NCBI RefSeq assembly: GCF_963921235.1
Contig: NC_086108.1
Coordinates: 10,230,001 to 10,294,000 of the forward strand
Length of the DNA stretch: 64,000 bases
Source of the DNA: Mobula hypostoma
Taxonomy: Eukaryota
Direction of reading: 5' to 3'
The notes below the pieces were generated by a model. The model saw only the letters and a list, made by a program, of their open reading frames with translations. It was not told where the DNA came from and ran no database searches. Each line of letters starts with the position of its first letter. The stretch's first letter is position 1. Below, piece after piece: positions 13,365-25,193 of this stretch. The position numbers were made by a program, and so were the translations under genes.

Positions 13365-13960
13365 TTTAGAATGGAAATGAGGAGGGACTCTTTTCACAGA
13401 GGATGGTGAATCTATGGAATTCTTTGCCGCAGACTGCTGTGGTGGAATTAAAGCGGAGGTTGATTGGTTTTTGATCAGTTGGGGTTATGGGAAAAGTGTA
13501 AACAGTTGACATTTCAGGCTGAGGCCCTTCAGGACCCTTCATGTTTTCCAAAGATGCTGCCTGGCCTGCTGAGTTCCTCCAGCATTTTGTGTGTGTTGTC
13601 CACAGGTTCACTGTTCTCTGCTTAAAGAAGTTCTTCCTCATCTCTGTTCTAAAATGATGCTCTTCTATTCTGATGTTCTCTGGTCTTAGACTCCACCACC
13701 ATTGGAAACATCCTCTCCACATCCATTCTGTCGAGGCCTTTCGACATTCAATAGGTTTCAATGAGTTCACCTGTCATTCTTCTGAATCCTAGAGACCCAG
13801 AGCTATCAAATGCTCTTCATATGACAAGACTTTCAATCGCAGAATCACTTCCAGATTGAATGGGTTTGAGGAGAAAGTAAGTCAGCAATGATTGAATGGT
13901 GGAGTAGACTCAAAGGAGTCAAATAGCATAATTCTGCTCCTGTGTCGCAAGGTCTTCTGG
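13365..13960. mobile_element. Mosaic of CR1 3' fragments in both orientations around a Penelope terminal-repeat remnant (~13490-13600)
   Basis: FRTEMR..FF.QR.VNLW remnants on both strands; gatgctgcctggcctgctgagttcctccagcattttgtgtgtgttg. Confidence 0.75.
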
Positions 13961-14209
13961 TCTGTGCTCACCTGGTCTTCTGCCTAGTTTCAGCGACCTG
14001 CACTCGGACCAAACCCCTCCAGCCTCTCCAATTGATGTGCTTATCCAAACTTCGTTTAAATGTTGCACCACCCCCTGAGTGAAGACGTTCCCCTTAAATA
14101 TTTCACCTTTTACCCTGAACCTTGGGTGGCAGGTGGAGAGGCTTCTCTACCAAAGGAGGTGCTCCTTCCCTCTGCTAGCCCGCTGGTCGCCCTTGGGAAG
14201 GGTTGGTGG

Positions 14210-15540
14210 GTGCACATTCTCCTGTCTACATCAATGGTGTTGTGGATGAGAGGGTTAAGACCTTCAAGTTCCCAGATGCGAACATCAACCACAGACTATC
14301 TTGATCCAACCACATGGATGTTGTGGTCAAGAAAGCTCACCATCACCTTTATCTCATCAGGAGACTAAAGAAATTCGGCATGTTGCTGTTTCCTCTTACT
14401 AATTTTTACCAGTGCACCATAGAAAACGTTCTGTCTGGGTGTATAATGGCTCAGTATGGTAACAGCTCTGCCTGTGATTACAAGAAACTGCAGAGAGTTG
14501 TGGACACAGCTCAGCACATCACAGGAACCAACCTCCCCTCCATGGACTCTGTCTATACTTCTCACCCTAGGTGTGTAGTGGAGAGTGTACTGAGTGGCTG
14601 CATCACGGCCTGGTATGGAAACACCAATGCCTTTGAATGGAAAATTATACAAAAGGTAATGGATTTGGCCCAGCCCATCACAGGTAAAGCTCTCTCAACC
14701 ATTGAGCACATATATATTAAACACCGTCGTAGGAAAACAGCATTCATCATCAGAAATCCCCACCACCCAGGCCATGCTCTTGTAGAAGATACAGGAGCCT
14801 CAGGACTCGCACCACCAGGTCCAAGAACAGTTACTACCCCTGAACCATCAGGCTCCTGAACCAGAGGAGATAACGGAACTCACTTGCCCATCCATTGAGA
14901 TGTTCCCATAATCAATGATCTCTCTTTAAGGATTCTTTATCTCATTGTCTCATGTCCTTGCTATTTATTGCTATTTATTTCTATTTGCATTTGCACAGTT
15001 TGCTATCTTCTAGGGTTGAACATCCTAGCTGGGTGGTCTTTCACTGATCCCTGTTATAGTTAGTATTCTATAGCTTTGCAGGGTATACGCGCAGGAAAAT
15101 GAACCTCAGCATTGAATGTGGTGATATATGTATATGTACTTTAAAAATTACAATTTACTTTGAACTTGACTTTTAAAGGCACAATCAAAGACCCAATTCA
15201 CCCTGGTCATTCTCTCTTCTCCTCTCTCCCACAGAGAGGAAGATACAAACGCCTGAAATCATGTCCCACCAGGATCAAAGACAGCCCCTATCCCACTGTT
15301 AATGAAATCTTGAATGAATCTCTCATATGATAAAATGGTCTCTTGGCCTCACAATCTACTCATTATGATCTTGCACATCATCGCTTACCTGCACTGCACG
15401 TTCTCTGTCGCTATTACACTTTATTCTGTATTATTATTGCTTTTTACCTTGTTCTACCTCAGTGCACTGTGTAATGATTTGATCTGTATGAACAGTATGC
15501 AAGAGAAGTTTTTCACTGGATCTCAAAACATGTAACACTA
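14210..15540 (+). mobile_element. Two nested Rex1/Babar-type LINE 3' fragments (inner copy ~14566-15170)
   Basis: ORF 14314-14859 contains the ESVLSGCI..WYGN block twice; the outer copy resumes as IKDP.HPGH at ~15180. Confidence 0.85.
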
Positions 15541-15864
15541 ATGGTCTTAATTTGCAGGTTGAGCAGTGGTGAGGAAGGCAAATGCAATGTTAGCATTCAT
15601 TTCGAGAGGACTAGAATATAAAGGCAAAGATGTAATAACCTTAGGGTCCTTAGCTCCCTTGAGGCTGCTCCAGCACTCCATCACTCAGTAAGATTGTGCC
15701 TGGTTTGAACTTTGCTCAGTTTGACAATCCTGTCTCTTCTCCATGACTCCTTGACCCAACCATAGATCAAAGCTCGTTTTCTTTCAGATGTGAATGCATC
15801 AAATGATCCCACCTCCACAGCTCCAGAGATCAACTGTCCCCTGAGAGAAGAAACTCCATTATTA

Positions 15865-16262
15865 GAAACATAGAAAACCTACAGCACAATACAGCCCCTT
15901 TGGCCCACAAAACTGTGCTGAACATGTCCTTACCTTAGAAATTACCTAGGCTTACCCATAGCGCTCTATTTTTCTGAGCTCCATGTACCTGCCCAGGAGT
16001 CTTTTAAAAGACCCTATCGTATCTGCCTCCACTTCCATCACCAGCAGCCCATTCCATGCACTCACCACTCTCTGCATAAAAAACTTACCCCTGACATCTC
16101 CTCTGTACTTACTTCCAAGCACCTTAAAACTATGCCCTCTCATGTCAGTCATTTTAGCCCTGGGAAAAAGCCTCTGACTATCCACACGATCAATGCCTCT
16201 CATCATCTTATACACCTCTATCAGGTCACCTCTCATCCTCCGTTGCTCCAAGGAAGAAAGGC
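15865..16262 (-). mobile_element. CR1 3' end fragment
   Basis: ORF 15952-16302 SLEQRRMRGDLIEVYK..FFMQRVVSAWN; tail gtttcta. Confidence 0.9.
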
Positions 16263-17004
16263 TGCATTCTACAAACACAGTCCCACTCCCTGATACCTGC
16301 AAAAGGGGAAACGTCCTCTCAGCATTAATCTCAGGTGCTGAATTTTACTCTGCTCGCTGAGGGATAGTCCAGGAGAATGCTGCTGAGGTGGACCAGTCAT
16401 GGTCTCGATGACTGTTGGCTTGATGGTGGGGGAAGGATCTGTTCCTGCGCCTGGTGGTGTGGACTATCAGCATCCAGCACCCCTCTCAGGGGCTGAGTTT
16501 CAGATCCCTTCACCCTCCTCATCTCCAACCATGTACTTCTAACAATTAACTTGGATACCTGCTTGACTTGCTGGCCGCCCTGCTGAGGGGAATATTTCAC
16601 GTCTTAGTTTGAATTGCTTTACACACCTCAGCTAATTTATTTTCTCCACCTCCTTTGCTGTTTTGGTTTTGAATCTATATTCTGTCACACTGCTCTCGTG
16701 GTTCATCTGGGACCGCTCCAGATTCATCTTCTCTACATCGTTTGTTTAAACAATTCTGAAAAGCCCCTCTGAGTGTTCATATCTGCAGGAGCTGGTCTCA
16801 TCTCTCCTGATCTCAGTGAAGCTCTGCGTGTACAACTTGTGTCTGTGCCGCAAGACAAGACATGATGTTGTCATTCTCAATTGAGTTCAAATGACTCTTT
16901 GATGTCACTTCACAGCTGTGTGTTTGCGCTAATTCCTGCACCGAAAACTCTACCTCACTGGCCAGAGCTGATGTCAGAAAGCCACTACAAATACAAGACA
17001 TTTT

Positions 17005-17112
17005 GCGGATGCTGGAATTCCAAAGCAACACACAAAATACTGAAGGTCAGGCAACATCCATGGAAATAAATAAACAGTCAATGTTTTGAGCTGAGACCCT
17101 TCATCAGGACTC
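17005..17112 (-). mobile_element. Penelope terminal-repeat remnant with a decayed hammerhead motif
   Basis: Minus strand reads agtcCTGATGAagggtctcagctcAAAAcattgact, followed by the shared PLE tail. Confidence 0.75.
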
Positions 17113-17175
17113 GGGATATGTTAATTTTTATTTTATTTAGAGATGTAGCATTGGACAGTCCCTTCCAGCCCAACG

Positions 17176-19295
17176 AAAGGGGAATTACGAGGCTATCAGA
17201 CCAGAAATTGGAGGCTTAAATTGGAAACAGATGTTCTCAGGGAAAAGTACGGAAGAAATGTGGCAAATGTTCAGGGGACATTTGTGTGGAGTTCTGCAGA
17301 GGTACGTTCCAATGAGACAGGGAAGTTATGGTAGGGTACAGGAACCGTGGTGTACAAAGGCTGTAATAGATCTAGTCAAGAAGAAAAGAAAAGCTTACAG
17401 AAGGTTCAGAGAGCTAGGTAATGTTAGAGATCCAGAAGATTATAAGGCTAATAGGAAGGAGTTTAAGAAGGAAATTAGGAGAGCCAGAAGGGGCCATGAG
17501 AAGGCCTTGGCGGACAGGATTAAGGAAAACCCCAAGGCATTCCACAAGTATGTGAAGAGCAAAAGGATTAGACGTGAAAGAAGTGTGACAGTGGGAAAGT
17601 ATGTATGGAACCGGAGGAAATAGCAGAGGTACTTAATGAATATTTTACTTCAGTATTCACTATGGAAAAGGATCTTGGTGATTGTAGCGATGACTTGCAG
17701 CGGACTGAAAAGCTTGAGCATGTAGATATTAAGAAAGAGGATGTGCTGGAGCTTTTGGAAAGCATCAAGTTGGATAAGTTGCCGGGACCGGATGAGATGT
17801 ACCCCAGGCCACCGTGGGAGGTGAGGAAGGAGATTGCTGAGCCTCTGGCGATGATCTTTGCATCATCAATGGGGCAGGAGAGGTTCCAAAGGATTGGAGG
17901 GCTGCGGATGTTGTTCCTTTATTCAAGAAAGAGAGTAGAGATAGCCCAGGAAATTACAGACCAATGAGTCTTACCTCAGTGGTTGGTAAGTTGTTGGAGA
18001 AGATCCTGAGAGGCAGGATTTCTGAATATTTGGAGAGGTATAATATGATTAGGAGTAGTCAGCATGGCTTTGTCAAGGGCAGGTTGTGCCTTACGAGTCT
18101 GATTGAATTTCTTGAGGATGTAACTAAACACATTGATGAAGGAAGAGCCGTAGATGTAGTGTATATGGATTTCAGCAAGGCATTTGATAAGGTACCCCAT
18201 GCAAGGCATATTGAGAAAGTAAGGAGGGATGGGATCCAAGGGCACATTGCTTTGTGGATCCAGAACTGGCCTGCCCACAGAAGGCAAAAGAGTGGTTGTA
18301 GATGGGTCATATTCTGCATGGAGGTCAGTGACCAGTGGTGTGGCTCAGGGATCTGTTCTGGGACCCTTACTCTTCGTGATTTTTATAAATGACCTGGATG
18401 AGGAAGTGGAGGAAGTTTGCTGATGACACAAAGGTTGGGGGTGTTGTGGATAGTGTGGAGGGCTGTCAGAGGTTACAGCGGGACATTGACAGGATGCAAA
18501 ACTGGGCTGAGAAGTGGCAGATGGAGTTCAACCCAGATAAGTGTGAAGTGGTTCATTTTGGGAGGTCAAATATGATGGCAGAATATAGTATTAATGGTAA
18601 GACTCTTGGCAGTGTGGAGGATCAGAGGGATCTTGGGGTCTGAGTCCATAGGACACTCAAAGCAGCTGCACTGGTTGACTCTGTGGTTGAGAAGGTGTAC
18701 GGTGTATTGGCCTTCATCAATCGTGGAATTGAATTTAGGAACTGAGAGGTAATGTTGCAGCTATATAGGACCCTGGTCAGACCCCACTTGGAGTACTGTG
18801 CTCAGTTCTGGTCGCCTCACTACAGGAAGGATGTGAAAACCATAGAAAGGGTGCAGAGGAGATTTTCAAGAATGTTGCCTGGATCGGGGAGCATGCCTTA
18901 TGAGAATAGGTTGAGTGAACTTGGCAACAGAGGATGAGAGGTGACCTGATAGAGGTGTATAAGATGATGAGAGGCATTGATCGTGTGGATAGTCAGAGGC
19001 TTTTTCCCAGGGTTGAAATGGCTGCCACAAAAGGACACAGGTTTAAGGTGCTGGGAGTAGGTACAGAGAAGATGTCAGGGGTAAGTTTTTTACTCAGAGA
19101 GTGGTGAATGCGTGGAATGGGCTGCCGGCAACGGTGGTGGAGGCGGATACAATAGGGTCTTCTAAGAGACTTTTGGATAGGTACATGGAGCTTAGCAAAA
19201 TAGAGGGCTATAGGTAAGCCTAGTAATTTGTAAGGTGGGGACAACTTTGTGGACCGAAGGGCCTGTATTGTGCTGTAGGTTTTCTATGTTTCTAT
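17176..19295 (+). mobile_element. 5'-truncated CR1 LINE (~2.1 kb), frameshifted
   Basis: Consecutive ORFs 17231-18937 cover the tether and RT (KENPKAF, QHGFVKG, FADDTK, LVRPHLEYC); tail (GTTTCTAT)n. Confidence 0.96.
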
Positions 19296-19397
19296 GAGGC
19301 CTGGCGCGGGCACCAAGTATCCCACCTATTTAAACTTAGCCTAAACACAGGGCAATTCTCAACAATCAGTTAACCTACCTAACCTGTACGTCTTAGT

Positions 19398-19665
19398 GCG
19401 GCAGGGTAGTGTGATGGTTAGCACAACGCTCTACAGTACAGGCGAACTGAGTTCAATTCCCACTGCTGCCCGTAAGGAGTTCTGCGACCACGTGGGTTTC
19501 CTCCGGGTGGTCCGGTTTCCTCCCACAGTCCAAAGACCGACCCGACCAGGTGGTAAGGTTAATTGCTCATTGTAAATTGCCCCATGATTAGGCTAGGATT
19601 AAATCAACGGGTTGCTGGGTGGAACGGCCTATTCTGCTCTCTATCCCAGTAAGTAGAGAAGTAAA
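19398..19665 (+). mobile_element. V-SINE (HE1-like) nested in an antisense V-SINE-like element (pieces ~17140-17175, 19296-19395, 19666-19815)
   Basis: tRNA-like head (tagtgtgatgg ... gagttcaattccc) and V-domain gggtttcctccgggtggtccggtttcctcccacagtccaaagac; flanked by tctt. Confidence 0.85.
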
Positions 19666-19934
19666 TCTTTGGACCGTGGGAGGGAACTAGAGCATCTAGA
19701 GAAAACCCACACTGTCACAGGAGAACGTATAACTCCTCACAGAGGACACCGGACCTGAACTCTGAACTCCGATGGCCTGAGTTGCCAGAACATTGTGCTA
19801 ATCGCTACCATGGCAACCCGTTATGACATAACAAAGTGACCATATGAAAATGAGTTAAAAACAGTCTGCTTGAGGAAATCAGGTGGGCCAAGTAATGTCT
19901 GTGTGTGTGTATGTGTGTGTGTGGGTGGGTGGAA

Positions 19935-20700
19935 GGAATTGTTGAGGAAGACAAATACGAAGTTAGCGTTCATTTCAAGAGGACTAGAATATAGAAGTGA
20001 GGCTGTAATGCTGAGGCTTTATAAAGCATTGTTGAGGCCTCGCTTGGGGTATTGAGAGCAGTTTTGGGCCCCTTATTTCAGAAAGGATGTGCTGACGTTG
20101 GAGAAGGTTCAAAGGAGTTTCACAAGGATGATTCTGGAAATGGAAGGCTTAATGAGAATCAGAATCAGGTTTAATATCACTGGCATATGTTGTGAAATTT
20201 GCTGTTATGCAGCTGCAGTACAATGAAATACATAATAATAAAAACTAAGTTGCAGTAAGAAACATATATTTTTAAAGTTAAATTAAATTAGTGCAAAATG
20301 AGAGGAAAAAGAAAAACAGTGATATAGTGTTCAATGTCCCAGATCCCTCCTTATTGTATGAGGAGTGATGGACAATTCTAGGTTTTACTGACTAGAATTC
20401 AGGAGAACGAGTGGGGATCTCATTGAAACTCATCAAATGGTGAAAGGTCTCAATAGAGTGGATGTGGAGAGGATGCTTCCTATGGTGGATGAGTCTAGAA
20501 CCTGAGGATACAGGCTCAGGATAGAGCGACATCATAGGGTATATTCAAAGCAGAGATTGACAGATTATTGATTAGTCAAGGTTACGGGTAGAAGGCTGGA
20601 GAATGGAGTTGAGAGGGAATTGGATCAGCCATGATGAAATGCCAGAGCAGACTCAATGGGCTGAATGGCCTAGTTCTGCTCCTATCTCTTATGGTCTTAT
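19935..20700 (+). mobile_element. Degraded CR1 3' fragment with an antisense LINE-tail insert (~20155-20340)
   Basis: LAFISRGLEYRS..MLRLYKALLRP remnants; 3' end ctcctatctcttatggtcttat. Confidence 0.8.
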
Positions 20701-20941
20701 TTTTACAGATCAAAACCCTGTATCAGGTTCCAACACAAAATAATGGAGGGGTATGGAAGGCTATGGTCCTGGTGCAGGTCGGTGGCAGTTGGCAGTTTAA
20801 ATGGTTTGGCATGAACTAGATGGACTTTTCTATGATTCTGTGACACTGTAACGCAATGCATTTAAGCAAAAGATGCCAGAAACATCGGACAGCATATGCG
20901 GAGAGAGAAGAGAGAAGCATGTCTGGAATACTGAAGGATTG

Positions 20942-21577
20942 TTATGATTATGAGGACACGCAGTTCCTTTTTATTGTCACTTAGCAATGCATGCATTAAA
21001 AAATGATAAAATGTTTTTCCAGAACGATAACATGAAAACACATGACAAACTGACTTAAAAACTTACAAAAACCACATAATTATAACATATATTAACAACA
21101 GTGCAAAGCAATACCGTAATTTGATAAGAACAGACCATGGCACAGTAAAAGTCTCAAAATCTCTTGGAAGTCCCATTATCTCACGCAGACAGTAAACCTC
21201 CAGCGCCGCCAACTTGTTGGTGCAGCATCCTGGAAGCATCCGACCACAGTCCGACTCCGAGTCCGTCCAAAAAATTCCGAGCCTCCGACCCACCTCTTTG
21301 ACACTGAGCACCAACTCTGCCGAGCACTTCGACCCCGGGCCCGGCAACAGGCGATACGCAAAGCCGAGGATTTGGGGCCTTCGTCTCCGGAGATTCTCGA
21401 TCGCACAGTAGCAGCGGCAGCGAAGCAGGCATTTCAGAAGTTACTCCAGATGTTCCTCCGTGCTTCACACGGCTGTCTCCAACAAATCAGGATTGTGCAC
21501 GGCCCCCTAGTTAACACATATCGATAGCAATTTGGAACGGCCGCACGTGCTGCGTTGCGCCACCATCTTCTCCTCCC
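20942..21577 (-). mobile_element. ~635-bp non-coding, non-autonomous retroelement with LINE-like head and tail
   Basis: Minus strand starts gggaggagAAGATGGtggcg, has a CpG-rich body, and ends AATAAA...(ATAATC)n; no RT-like ORF. Confidence 0.65.
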
Positions 21578-21614
21578 TTGAGACTCTTATTGCCCATGTT
21601 TCTGCCTTTGCTTT

Positions 21615-23070
21615 TAAGACCATAACGTATATGAGCAGAAACAGGCCATTTGGCCCATCGGGTCTGTTCATTATGGCTGATCCCCTTTCAACCTCAGTCT
21701 CCTGTCTTCTCCCTGTTTGCTTTCATGCCCTGACAAATCAAGATTCTATCAACCTCTGCCTATTCGGTTAGTTGGGCATTCCTATACAGAGTGTTAGGAA
21801 GATTCGGCTTTCAAGAAAGGTTTATTAAAGTAATCCAGACTCTATATGACAGCCCTACAGCCCGAATTAAGATAAATGGGGACCTCTCTGACTCCTTCAT
21901 TTTAGAGAGAGGCACTAGACAGGGATGCCCAATTTCTCCTCTCCTTTTTGCGCTATATATTGAACCACTTGCCCAACTAATAAGACAGAGCGAAATCGTA
22001 AAAGGTATCAAGGTGGCAGGGATTGAACAGAAAGTGGCGTTATTCGCAGATGATGTTTTGGTCTATCTGAGTGAACCAGAAAAATCATTTATAGGATTGT
22101 TTACACTGTTGGATGACTTTGGGAAAATATCAGGTTATAAAATAAATGTAAAGAAAACTCAGGTTATGTCCCTAAATTATACACCATCCAAAAAATTGCA
22201 GGATACATACGATCTTAAGTGGGAAGCTAAATCATTAAAATATTTAGGAATAACCCTGCCGAAGGATCTTTCAACACTGTCACAGGTAAATTATGGGCCA
22301 TTAATCTCAGAGATAAAAGCAGATATGCATAGATGGAATCTTATCCCCTTTTTAAGTTTAAATTCAAGGATAAATACTATAAAAATGAATATTCTTCCTC
22401 AGTTATTATATCTTTTCCGTACTTTACCAGTGGAGGTGGATGATAATCAATTCAGGGAATGGGACAAATGGATTTCCCGCTTCATTTGGCAAGGAAGGAA
22501 ACCTAGAATTCGATATAACACCTTACAGTTAGGGAAGGAAAGAGGAGGTATGGTTCTTCCTTGCCTGAGAAATTATTTTTATGCCTCACAGATAACCCCT
22601 CTGTTATATTGGTGTAATAGGGAATATAAGGCTAGATGGAAGGAAATAGAATTTGGATTAGTTGACAGTTTTCCTCTTCAGGCCTCAATAGCTGACAAAG
22701 GATTGATGGCCCAGTTGGAAAAATTTAATAATGCTTGGATAAATCTTACATTAAAAGTAAAAAAAAATAAAATAAAATAAAAATAACTAAAGACTTGGCC
22801 TCCACAGCCAACTGTGACAATGAATTGCACAGATTTGCCATAATCTGGCTAAAGAAATTTCTCCTCATCTCTAATCTAAAGGGACGTCCTTCTTTTCTGA
22901 GTTTTTGCAATCTGCTCATAGACTCTCCCACTATAGAAAGCGTCTCCTACATGTCCACCCTGTCGAGGCTTTTCAATATTTGATAGGTTTCAATGAAATC
23001 CACCCTCATTTTTTAAATCTTTAATCGAGCGTTTGACCAGAGCCATCAAATGCACCTCATACATAAGGTT
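21615..23070 (-). mobile_element. Old antisense CR1 3' fragment split by the L1 insertion
   Basis: ...tctatcaacctctgcct (to 21761) joins aactaaagacttggcctccacagc (from ~22785); PFRLEMRRNFFSQ remnant. Confidence 0.85.
21762..22785 (+). mobile_element. L1-clade ORF2 internal fragment (RT core to thumb) with an A-rich tail
   Basis: Uninterrupted frame [50 protein letters not shown]-rich run 22759-22785. Confidence 0.95.
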
Positions 23071-23164
23071 TTTTTTGGGAATTGATCTTGCAATGATGAA
23101 TTATAATTGTAGATAATAAAATCAAAATTTAGGCTTAACATTCCGTGAATGATTGGAACTTAAA

Positions 23165-23585
23165 GATCATGATGAGGCCACTGGCAGGTTGGAGGAGGAA
23201 CACCTCATATTTTTTCTGGGTAGCCTCTAGTCGAGCGCCATGAACATCGATCTCTCTAAACTTCTCCCCCTCCCCTCATTTCCTTTTCTATTCCCATTCT
23301 GGCTCTCCTTTCATCCCTTCCCTTCACCTCCCCCCTGGTTTCACTCCTCCTTCCCTTTCTCTCGTAGTCTACTCCCCTGTCCTAACAGATTGTTTCTTCT
23401 TCAGCCCTTTACCTTTTCCACCTATCCACCTCCCAGCCTCCCCCACCCACCCATTCACCTTTCACCATGCCTGGTCTCACCAACCATCTTCTAGCTTGTA
23501 CTCCTTCCTTTGCCCCTCACCTTGTTATTTTGCCTTCTTACCCCTTCCTTTCCAGTCCTGGTGAAGGGTCTTGACCCGAAATATT
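23165..23585 (+). mobile_element. Penelope-like element 3' end (GIY-YIG C-terminus, pyrimidine tract, terminal repeat)
   Basis: HDEATGRLEEEHLIFFLGSL...MNID remnant, then cagtcctggtgaagggtcttgacccgaaa. Confidence 0.85.
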
Positions 23586-24085
23586 CAAAGTTCAAAGTAA
23601 TTTTTATTGTCCAAGTCCATATATGTCACCATTTACAATGCTGAGTTTCATTTTCCTGTGGGCATACTCGGCAAATCTATAGAATAATAGCTATAACAGG
23701 ATTAATGAAAGATCAACCAGAGTGCAGAAGACCACAAATTTCAACTGCAAATACAAATAAATAGCAATTAGTAGCGACAACATGAGATAATGAGATAAAT
23801 AGTCCTTGAAAGTGTGTTGATTTTAATGATAGGGCAATTGAAGTTGATTGCAGTTATTCCCTTTTGTTCAAGAGCCTGATGGTTGTGGTGTAGTAACTAT
23901 TCTTGAACCAGTTGGTGTGAGCCCTGAGACTCCTGTACCTTTTACCTGACAGCAGCAGCAAGAAGACAGCATGTCCTGGGTAGTGATAAATGTTGCATTC
24001 CTGTGACAGCATTTCATATAGATGTGTTCACTGGTTGGGAGGGCTTTACCCGGGATGTGCGCCGAATCCACTACCTTTTGTAGAA
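23584..24085 (-). mobile_element. Rex1/Babar-type LINE 3' fragment
   Basis: ORF 23868-24071 is similar to the 14650-14860 copy; (CTTTGAA)n tail. Confidence 0.8.
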
Positions 24086-25193
24086 AACGTCGATTCTTTA
24101 TTCCTCTCCATAGGTGCTGTCTATCCAGTCTTCTCGTTTCAGATGGTACTGGTGAATCTCAGCAACTTCTGGCTGGTGGCCAACAAAACAAAGAAAACAA
24201 CTAAATACTTTGTTAATCACTCTTATTCTGGCAAGTGATCATTGTAACCAATAATCTGCAACTTCCCTTTGGACTAGGAGGCAATTCGATGTGGCAGAGC
24301 CGAGGTGAGCCAAGGCAGTGAGCCTGTTCCCGAGAGCAAAGAAGACACGAGGTTCAATCATTTGTACTGCCAGGCCAAATTGGAAAGGTCTGGTACAGGC
24401 CAGATCAAGGCAGTAGGATCCTGGTGCAAGAGTATCTCAAAGCAACTGAACTTGATGGTTGTACTACAATTTAGGTGCCGGGCTGATTGAAAAGGTCAGG
24501 ATGTCTGGACCCAAGGTGAGGGATGGCTGATTCAGATTGCTGCTGAGCTCTGCGCTGAAATCTCTGTGGACTTCAGTTCAGAATGCTATTTGCTTGCGTT
24601 TATTCTTTACATTATTTGTTTTTTGTTCTCTCTTCCTGCACATTGGGTGTTTGAAGGTCTTATTTATGTTTTTTTTTCCGGTTTCTTTATTAGGAGACGA
24701 ATCTCAAGGTTGTACAATGATAACTTTGATAACTTTCATACTTTGATAATAAACGTACTTTGAAACTTTTGGACCTTTGCTGAATTCCTCCAGCATTTTG
24801 TATGTGTTATCATCGGAGTTAAGAGAGGCGGGACTGCGCAGGCATGTGACATTGGGCAGTGAAGTGTGGAAGATTTAAAAGGTCAGAAATCCTGATTCGG
24901 GTATAATTCGGAGAAGGAAGTCTGAGACTCGGAGCGGGAGTGTGGCGGGAGCCATTTTAATTTTTTCTTCTTATCATCGGAGTTAAGAGAGGCGGGACCG
25001 CGCAAGCGTGAGACGTCGGGCAGTGAAGTGTGGAAGATTTAAAAGGAACACAGCCTTATACAGCGGGCAGCAGAGTAAGCTGGGAGCAGAGTGAAGGCTT
25101 AAGGGCTTTGGCTCAATGGGCTTAGGTGGAAACAAGCGAGGCAAAGTAGGTTTGGTTTTCAATTTTTCCTGTTATTTGAGGAAAGGGGGAAGT

